DNA from: Candidatus Micrarchaeota archaeon
GTDB taxonomy: Archaea > Micrarchaeota > Micrarchaeia > Norongarragalinales > Norongarragalinaceae
NCBI GenBank assembly: GCA_964630975.1
Contig: CAZVVY010000004.1
Span: forward strand, 37,912 to 101,911
Direction of reading: 5' to 3'
Length of the DNA stretch: 64,000 nucleotides
Under the pieces are notes generated by a model. That model was given only the letters and a program-made list of their open reading frames with translations, was not told the origin of the DNA and made no database searches. A program made the position numbers and the translations under genes. Positions 16,491-22,084 of this stretch are shown here, piece after piece. How positions within the stretch are numbered: the first letter of the stretch is position 1; the number at the start of each line of letters is the position of its first letter.

Positions 16491-17651
16491 ATGGTTTCCT
16501 GTAACGAGTGCAAGGGCCGGTTGCTGTGCGGGCTCAAAAAATGCCCTTTGTTGGAGCGCCTGAACGCAAAACGCGAAAACAAGCCCAGAAAAGAAGTCGT
16601 AGGCGAAAGCCCCCCAAACGTGTTCGTCGGGTGGAGAGGATACCCCTTCGTCAACGTCGGGCCCAGCGTCAGTATGGAGGGCGCGGCAACCGACGCCTCG
16701 CAATGGTACGGCTTGCCTCTCGAAGAAATAGTTTCACGTGCTTCCGGAATGGCACGGGGCTTCAAGAAGCACGGCGTGAAAAAGAGGTTGGCCCGGGAAT
16801 TGTTGGAAGCCGGCCTCAGCGCTAAAGGAGTAGACATGGCGGTAACGTTCGAGAAAACGCCGAGGCAAGACGTGCGCTTCTTCGACGTGAGCCAGCCGGG
16901 AGGCCCTTCAGGAAAAGCGAAGGCAATAGAAGTACAAGGCAACGCGCGCATACCTTGCCTGGTGGATGAAGCGGTCGACGACGGGTGGACGGCGAAGGAA
17001 GCATTAGCAGAATTAATGCACAAGGATTACGACTATTATTACTTGCAAAAAGTGTTGACTTCCGGCGCCCTCGGCCAACACTCCAAGAAGCGTCTCGTCC
17101 CAACCCGGTGGGCTATTACGGCGACGGACACCATTCTCGCCGACGAACACTTGAAGCGAGTACGCCAAAGCGAAACCATTGCCTGCTACCAGGTTTACTC
17201 GAACGAATACTTGTCAAACCGCTTCGAAATAATTTTGTTGCCCGGAAACTGGGAATACGAACAATTCGAGGCGTGGTCACCCCGCAGCTTTTGGGGCCGA
17301 GGCGAAGCAAACGTTTCCCAGGAATTCGAGCCCTACCGGGGGAGAAAGGATTACGCGAAAAGCCAGGGCGGCGGTTATTACGCGGCGCGCTTCGCGGTAG
17401 CCGAAGCAATGGCGAAAAGAAACGTGCAGGCCCGCGCCCTGGTAATACGCGAGATTTACGACGGCTACCGCGTTCCGGTAGGAGTGTGGCAAGTGCGCGA
17501 AAACGCGCGCGCCGCCTTGTCTTCAAAACCCAATGAGTTCAACTCCCTTGAAGAAGCGGTTGGCGACGCGTCCTCTCGCCTTAAAAACCGTTGGGGGGCG
17601 TATTGCTCGCGAAGCACGCTGCTCCGCCAAAAAAAGTTGTGGGACTACTAG
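16491..17651 (+). CDS. nreA: Archaeal Nre-family DNA repair protein
   Basis: 386 aa. N-terminal Cys motif CNECKGRLLCGLKKCP, then LVPTRWAITATD, GGGYYAARFAV and RVPVGVWQVRE blocks as remembered for the Nre family (DUF650/DUF651). Confidence 0.75.
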   Translation: MVSCNECKGRLLCGLKKCPLLERLNAKRENKPRKEVVGESPPNVFVGWRGYPFVNVGPSVSMEGAATDASQWYGLPLEEIVSRASGMARGFKKHGVKKRLARELLEAGLSAKGVDMAVTFEKTPRQDVRFFDVSQPGGPSGKAKAIEVQGNARIPCLVDEAVDDGWTAKEALAELMHKDYDYYYLQKVLTSGALGQHSKKRLVPTRWAITATDTILADEHLKRVRQSETIACYQVYSNEYLSNRFEIILLPGNWEYEQFEAWSPRSFWGRGEANVSQEFEPYRGRKDYAKSQGGGYYAARFAVAEAMAKRNVQARALVIREIYDGYRVPVGVWQVRENARAALSSKPNEFNSLEEAVGDASSRLKNRWGAYCSRSTLLRQKKLWDY

Positions 17652-18421
17652 ATTTTTTCGTATTCCGTTCCCGCTTCCTCCAACAACGAGAGAAGGCGGG
17701 TCTTTTCGCCGCCGCACCCTTTCTTGTCTACGAAGGCTTTTTTGACGGGTGCTCCCGCTTTTTGGGTTGCCTGCTTCAAGGTTTTCCCGCTCAAGAATCG
17801 CAGCGCATACTTCGGACAAATGTGCGAGAAAAGGACGTTCTTTTCGAGTTCGGAGAACTTCGGGCAATAATGACCTCCGCCGAATCCGAGAACGCATTCT
17901 TTTGCCTTCGATGCCTCGCACGCCTTCAAACACGCGCGGGCAACCGCTTGACACGCCGCGTCATCACCCCATTGCTCCGGGGAGCTGCCGACTTCCACGA
18001 ACAAGACGGGGCAACTCAAGGAAGTGGGGCCGTGGTGCGTCGCCTCCAAGAAAACCGGGAAGCCCGGCGCGGGCTCGGACAAAAGAAAGTCGTAAGCCGC
18101 CTTCAACGCGCCCGGCGCCGCGAACGACAACTCTTTTTCCGATCCGCCGTGTTGGCCGGGCCCCCAGTTGCCCGTGAAGTGCGCGGTCAAGCACGGTTTT
18201 TCGGAGGCGCTGGAATGCTTGGAAGCGAACACGAGCAAGTCGGTTTCGAGCCGCGTCGAAAAATCAATTGTTTCCTCCCCCGTTTCAACCAGAAATACCC
18301 CACCGCGCTTCCAACAAGGCAAGCCGGCCAACGGCTCGCGCTCATTGAAGCCGTTTTCCTTGAACCATTCGGCCATCCGCGTTCCCGCGGGGTCGCGGGC
18401 CGAGTAAGCAATCGTCGGCAT
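17648..18421 (-). CDS. dtdA: D-aminoacyl-tRNA deacylase, archaeal type (DtdA)
   Basis: The track ORF starts at 18445. ATG at 18421 gives MPTIAYSARDPAG.... LVFASKHSS, LTAHFTGNW, EATHHGP and FVEVGSS are typical DtdA blocks. Confidence 0.8.
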   Translation of the reverse strand: MPTIAYSARDPAGTRMAEWFKENGFNEREPLAGLPCWKRGGVFLVETGEETIDFSTRLETDLLVFASKHSSASEKPCLTAHFTGNWGPGQHGGSEKELSFAAPGALKAAYDFLLSEPAPGFPVFLEATHHGPTSLSCPVLFVEVGSSPEQWGDDAACQAVARACLKACEASKAKECVLGFGGGHYCPKFSELEKNVLFSHICPKYALRFLSGKTLKQATQKAGAPVKKAFVDKKGCGGEKTRLLSLLEEAGTEYEKI

Positions 18422-18456
18422 AACGCAAATTAACGCGTTCGGCATTAAACTGCATT

Positions 18457-19203
18457 ATGCGAATCGACGAAGACCGCTTCGACCGCCAAAAACGCATCAG
18501 TGGCTGGAACCAAAACGAGGTATCCAAGTCGAAGTGCCTGATAGTCGGCGCGGGCGCCCTCGGAAACGAAGTCATAAAGCTGCTCGTGCAAATGGGCGTG
18601 CGCGACTTGACGCTGGTGGACTACGACTCCATAATAGAAGCCAACCTCAACCGATGCGTTTTCTTCAACTCTTCGGACGTCGGAAAATTGAAGGCCGAAG
18701 TGCTCGCCGAAAAAGTCAAGGTAATGGATGAAAACGCGCGCGTCAACACCGCGATAAAACGCCTTGAATTCTTGGACGAAACTTTTTACGACCGGTTCGA
18801 CTACGCTTTTTCGTGCCTCGACAACCAGGCGGCGCGCCTCCACTTGAACGCGTATTGTTACGGCCGGTTGCCCTTGGTCGATGGGGGAACCGCGGGCTTC
18901 AACGGAAAAGTACAAGTCGTGCGCTCGCCGTCGGCGTGCCTGGAATGCGCGATGAGCAAGGCGGATTACAAGAGAATGTGGAAGAAGTATTCGTGCGTGG
19001 GCGACGTCCTCGACTTTTTGGACCCGAAAATGCCGGCGCTCGCCACCACCACTTCAATCGTCGCGGCCATGCAAGCCAACGAATTCGTGAAAATGGTTCA
19101 CGGCCGCGGCTGCCTCGCCGGAAAATACGTTTTCTTCGACGGATTGAAGCAGGAAACCACTGTTTACGAAATCAAAAAGAGAAACAATTGCCCGGTGCAC
19201 TAA
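18457..19203 (+). CDS. Minimal E1-like ubiquitin-activating enzyme (ThiF/MoeB/UBA adenylation domain)
   Basis: 248 aa. RFDRQKRISGW, nucleotide loop LIVGAGALGNEVIKLLVQMGVRDLTLVDYDSIIEANLNRC, CxxC pairs (CLEC, and a C-terminal NCPV region), Cys-containing crossover region KKYSCVGD. Confidence 0.85.
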   Translation: MRIDEDRFDRQKRISGWNQNEVSKSKCLIVGAGALGNEVIKLLVQMGVRDLTLVDYDSIIEANLNRCVFFNSSDVGKLKAEVLAEKVKVMDENARVNTAIKRLEFLDETFYDRFDYAFSCLDNQAARLHLNAYCYGRLPLVDGGTAGFNGKVQVVRSPSACLECAMSKADYKRMWKKYSCVGDVLDFLDPKMPALATTTSIVAAMQANEFVKMVHGRGCLAGKYVFFDGLKQETTVYEIKKRNNCPVH

Positions 19204-19922
19204 TCGAAGGCGTCGCGGATGGAGCGCACCGCGGCCTCGCTCTCCTTGTCCAAGTACAACTCGAGCTTGCGGCCGCAACGCACGCAACGCTTGTCGCCCG
19301 CCATAATCGCCTCGTAACAATCCTTGTGGTAGGCCGCCCCGCAAAAGCAGTGGCCGTACTTCGCGCCCGCCTTGTTGGAAACGGATAAAGAAAACGGGCC
19401 CTTACACAACTCGCATTTTTCCTTTGGCTCCGGTTCGTCGGCTTGCTTCGGGGGCCAAGGCGCTTTCTCGATTTTCGTTTCTTGTTTTTGCTCCTTCATT
19501 CGGCGGCTCGCGTTCTTCAATATTTCCGCCAAATCGATTGCATTCGAAGGTGGTGATTCGTCCCGCTTTTCGGCGGGGGCGGGAGACGGCTTTTCGCGTG
19601 CGGGCTCCGGCTCTTTTTCTTCGGGTTGGCGCGCGGATTCAAGGAGTTTCCCCGCTTGTTCCTTCAGCGTCTTGGCTTCGCGGCGCTTCGCCGCTTCCTC
19701 CAGCTTCTTCACCTTGTTGTAGCCTTGGACGCCCAGCGCGAGTTGTTCGCCTTCGAACACCACGTAATTCTTGGCTTTAAGCTTCTTGGCGCGCTTTTCG
19801 AACTCGCTTTCCGCGATTCGCGTCTTCGCCAACAACTCTTTCTTGGTGGCGGGCCCGTCCGACAAATAGAACAACACGTCCTTGTCGAACTTCGTCAATC
19901 GAAAACGCTTTTTCTTGGTCAC
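19200..19922 (-). CDS. RING/PHD-like (C4HC3) zinc-finger protein, candidate E3 ligase, with N-terminal wHTH-like domain and acidic disordered linker
   Basis: C-terminal CELC-x18-CFC-x4-H-x2-C-x10-CVRC (eight ligands, cross-brace spacing). The GTG start at 19922 overlaps the JAMM gene TGA (GTGA); the track start is 19955. N-terminal FDKDVLFYLSDGPATKKELLAKTRIAESEFEKRAKKLKAKNYV resembles a winged helix. Confidence 0.75.
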   Translation of the reverse strand: MTKKKRFRLTKFDKDVLFYLSDGPATKKELLAKTRIAESEFEKRAKKLKAKNYVVFEGEQLALGVQGYNKVKKLEEAAKRREAKTLKEQAGKLLESARQPEEKEPEPAREKPSPAPAEKRDESPPSNAIDLAEILKNASRRMKEQKQETKIEKAPWPPKQADEPEPKEKCELCKGPFSLSVSNKAGAKYGHCFCGAAYHKDCYEAIMAGDKRCVRCGRKLELYLDKESEAAVRSIRDAFD

Positions 19923-20359
19923 TTCTTTTTCACCAACGCGAAAGGCACGGAACAATACTTTTCTCCTTCCACCTTAAACAGTTTTTCTTCGCCGCGCAAC
20001 GGGTCGATTACCAGCGCCAAGTGGTATGTCTCGTCGAAAAAAGAGTTGTGGGCCGCCAAGTCTTGCGAAGACATGAAAGAGCCGTAACCGGGGTGGGAGT
20101 GCGCCCAAACCACGAACGGCTTACCCGAATACTTTTCCGCTATTTCCTTGAAAGCCTCGCGGGCAAAGCGCGTGTGTAAAGCGGAAGAATCGTTTTCAGC
20201 GGTTACGTATTCTTCGGCAACCAAGTACTCCTTGCCCTGAAAAGAGTAAACCCTTCCGGCGAACAATCCTATTGCTTCCACTCCGCGCTCGGCGGCCTCC
20301 TTGAAGTGCTCCCGCGCCCCCTCAAAAGCTTCCGAAAAAAAGTATGCTGCGTAAAACAT
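19919..20359 (-). CDS. JAMM/MPN+ metalloprotease (Rpn11/JAB1-like deubiquitinase)
   Basis: 146 aa. Complete JAMM motif: E (VEAIGLF) ... HSHPGYGSFMSSQD (HxHx7Sx2D). ATG at 20359, one codon inside the track start. Confidence 0.9.
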   Translation of the reverse strand: MFYAAYFFSEAFEGAREHFKEAAERGVEAIGLFAGRVYSFQGKEYLVAEEYVTAENDSSALHTRFAREAFKEIAEKYSGKPFVVWAHSHPGYGSFMSSQDLAAHNSFFDETYHLALVIDPLRGEEKLFKVEGEKYCSVPFALVKKK

Positions 20360-20362
20360 CAA

Positions 20363-21232
20363 TTAATTGAAGCCGAGCTTCTTTTTTATGGGTTCCAAAA
20401 GCTTGGAGAAAAAGCCGGGCTTCGTATTTTTTTGCTGGTGTAGCGCTATTGCGCGCTGCACTTGTTCGTCCTTGGACAACTGCCTTGGCGCGGGTTTGTT
20501 TTCAACCGGAGTAACATCTTTTTTCGCCTGGTCGGGGCCGCCCGGAAAACTTCGTTCGCGGGCCCTTGAATGAAACTGCATATAACGCGGCGTCGACTCG
20601 TCGAAATCCTTTTTTTCGTCGGAAATCAGTTCTTGTGCTTCCTTGTCCGACTCCTGCAACTCCTTCAAGTCCTCGGGGGGCTTGACTTCCGTCATTCCAT
20701 CCGATTCCTGCACGGGAGCTGTTGACTTCGGTTCGGTTTCCGCGGGGGGCTCTTGAACTGGCGCGGCCGGCTGCACTTCCCGCACCGGCTCGATTGGCGC
20801 GGGTCGTTCGACTTGTTCTTCGACCGGTTGTTCGGGTCGAGGTGCCGGTTCAACGGCTTGTTCGGTTGGTTGAGCCCGCTCCGATTCGATTGCGGGCCGA
20901 ACCTTTTCCGCCTCCTCTTCCGGCAACTGCTCTTGCGGAGGCGCTTGTTCTTCCCGGGCCTTCGGCTCAACGTGTTGCGGCGGCGCGGGTAAATCCTCGT
21001 GCTCGTTTTTGACGCCTTCAACGTTTATTCCCGGCAAATCCGAGAAGTCCTCGACCGACGGTTCTTGCGCGGGCCCGGGTTTTTCGGCAGTCCGCTGTTT
21101 TTCTTCGGCCGGTGCTTCGGAAGGCCCGCCGTCTCCCTCGCTTTCCGGGGGATTGAGAGCCTGTATGCCGTCGCCTTCGACTACGTTCGTGCCGACGGGC
21201 GGCTTCGGCTCTTTTTCATCGTCTTCAGCCAT
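20363..21232 (-). CDS. Acidic Pro/Glu/Gln-rich intrinsically disordered protein with C-terminal amphipathic helix; first gene of the JAMM-RING operon
   Basis: ATG at 21232 (MAEDDEKEPKPP...) is preferred over the track start 21304. 289 aa of low-complexity EP/PQ/PA repeats. Only the C-terminus is ordered-looking (QRAIALHQQKNTKPGFFSKLLEPIKKKLGFN). Confidence 0.6.
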   Translation of the reverse strand: MAEDDEKEPKPPVGTNVVEGDGIQALNPPESEGDGGPSEAPAEEKQRTAEKPGPAQEPSVEDFSDLPGINVEGVKNEHEDLPAPPQHVEPKAREEQAPPQEQLPEEEAEKVRPAIESERAQPTEQAVEPAPRPEQPVEEQVERPAPIEPVREVQPAAPVQEPPAETEPKSTAPVQESDGMTEVKPPEDLKELQESDKEAQELISDEKKDFDESTPRYMQFHSRARERSFPGGPDQAKKDVTPVENKPAPRQLSKDEQVQRAIALHQQKNTKPGFFSKLLEPIKKKLGFN

Positions 21233-21269
21233 GACAAGGAATATTAATCGTTCAAACGTATAAAAACGT
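21233..21269. promoter_or_regulatory. 37-bp bidirectional promoter region with two opposed TATA-like boxes
   Basis: gacaaggAATATTAAtcgttcaaacgTATAAAAAcgt. AATATTAA is centred about 27 nt before the Ubl ATG (21270). TTTTTATA (minus strand) is centred about 30 nt before the minus-strand ATG (21232). This implies leaderless mRNAs on both sides. Confidence 0.5.
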
Positions 21270-21512
21270 ATGAGTGAATTCAACATCAAGGTAACCCAGA
21301 CCACGTCAGGAAAGGAAATAGTTTTGGCGGTGGAAGAGGATTACACGGTTTCCTCGGTGCTCGAAGTTCTCGCTGAAAACCTTCACTTGAAGGACCGCTT
21401 CGTACTCGCAACCAAAGACAACAAGATTCTCGACCCCGACGTAACGCTCGGCGAAGCAGAAATAAAGGAGAACACCGAGTTGCTCCTCATCCCCGACCCC
21501 ACGGGTGGCTGA
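21270..21512 (+). CDS. Ubiquitin-like beta-grasp protein ending in Gly-Gly
   Basis: 80 aa: MSEFNIKVTQTTSGKEIVLAVEEDYTVSSVLEVLAENLHLKDRFVLATKDNKILDPDVTLGEAEIKENTELLLIPDPTGG-stop. The alternating beta/alpha pattern and ubiquitin-like length fit, and the free C-terminal GG is encoded directly before the stop. The E2 ATG follows immediately. Confidence 0.8.
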   Translation: MSEFNIKVTQTTSGKEIVLAVEEDYTVSSVLEVLAENLHLKDRFVLATKDNKILDPDVTLGEAEIKENTELLLIPDPTGG

Positions 21513-21962
21513 ATGCTTCCCCCGAAGATTTGGAAGCGCCGCCTCGAAAACGAGTACAGGCAGTTAAAGGAAACCCCCCTCAAATTCGAGGTCAACACGG
21601 ATTACACCGAATACGTCTTGAGCTTGAACGGCCCGGGCCTCTACCGCGAAGGCGAACGCGTAATTGAAAGAAACAAGCACGCCGTCAAAATAGAGTTGAA
21701 CCGCAACTACCCTTACCCCGGCGGAATAGAAATCACGTGGCTCACCCCCATATTCCACCCAAACATACGCGAAGACGGCAAGGTATGCATCCAACTCGTC
21801 AACGACTGGGCCGAAAACCAAACGGTTTCCAACGTTGTCAGCGCACTACACTACTTACTCGAAAACCCCAACCCCTCCGACCCCTTGAACAAGGAAGCCG
21901 CCGCGTACTTCGAAGGGAAAACGCAAGCGCCGAAAAAGCCGCGCATAGTTGAAGGATTATGA
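21513..21962 (+). CDS. E2 ubiquitin-conjugating enzyme (UBC fold)
   Basis: 149 aa. N-terminal helix KRRLENEYRQLKE, then ITWLTPIFHPNIREDGKVCIQLVNDW (HPN triad, catalytic Cys, downstream Trp), and NPNPSDPLNKEAA (UBC C-terminal helices). Confidence 0.9.
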   Translation: MLPPKIWKRRLENEYRQLKETPLKFEVNTDYTEYVLSLNGPGLYREGERVIERNKHAVKIELNRNYPYPGGIEITWLTPIFHPNIREDGKVCIQLVNDWAENQTVSNVVSALHYLLENPNPSDPLNKEAAAYFEGKTQAPKKPRIVEGL

Positions 21963-22084
21963 AGCGCCCGCGAATCGTATCCATAACCGAGCCGGCAAGG
22001 GAAGAGCGCGCGCCGCCATCCGAACAAGAATTCGAGTTCGTGGAAAAGCACGAAGTCAAATCCGCCAAAACTTCCTCGTCTTAA
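21959..22084 (+). CDS. Possible 41-aa micro-ORF translationally coupled (ATGA) to the E2 gene
   Basis: Own translation: MKRPRIVSITEPAREERAPPSEQEFEFVEKHEVKSAKTSSS. Its ATG overlaps the E2 TGA. It overlaps the lhr 3' end by 29 nt. Confidence 0.25.
   Translation: MKRPRIVSITEPAREERAPPSEQEFEFVEKHEVKSAKTSSS

Noticed and set aside
17591-18433. 280-aa plus-strand ORF opposite dtdA
   Set aside because: Arg-rich shadow ORF. The minus frame has the DtdA blocks.
18457-19203. E1-like gene interpreted as a plain MoeB/ThiF sulfur-carrier activator (SAMP/Urm1-type system)
   Set aside because: The immediate context contains a UBC-fold E2 with HPN-Cys and a RING-like finger, neither of which is part of sulfur-carrier systems. 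The ubiquitin-type interpretation is therefore preferred.
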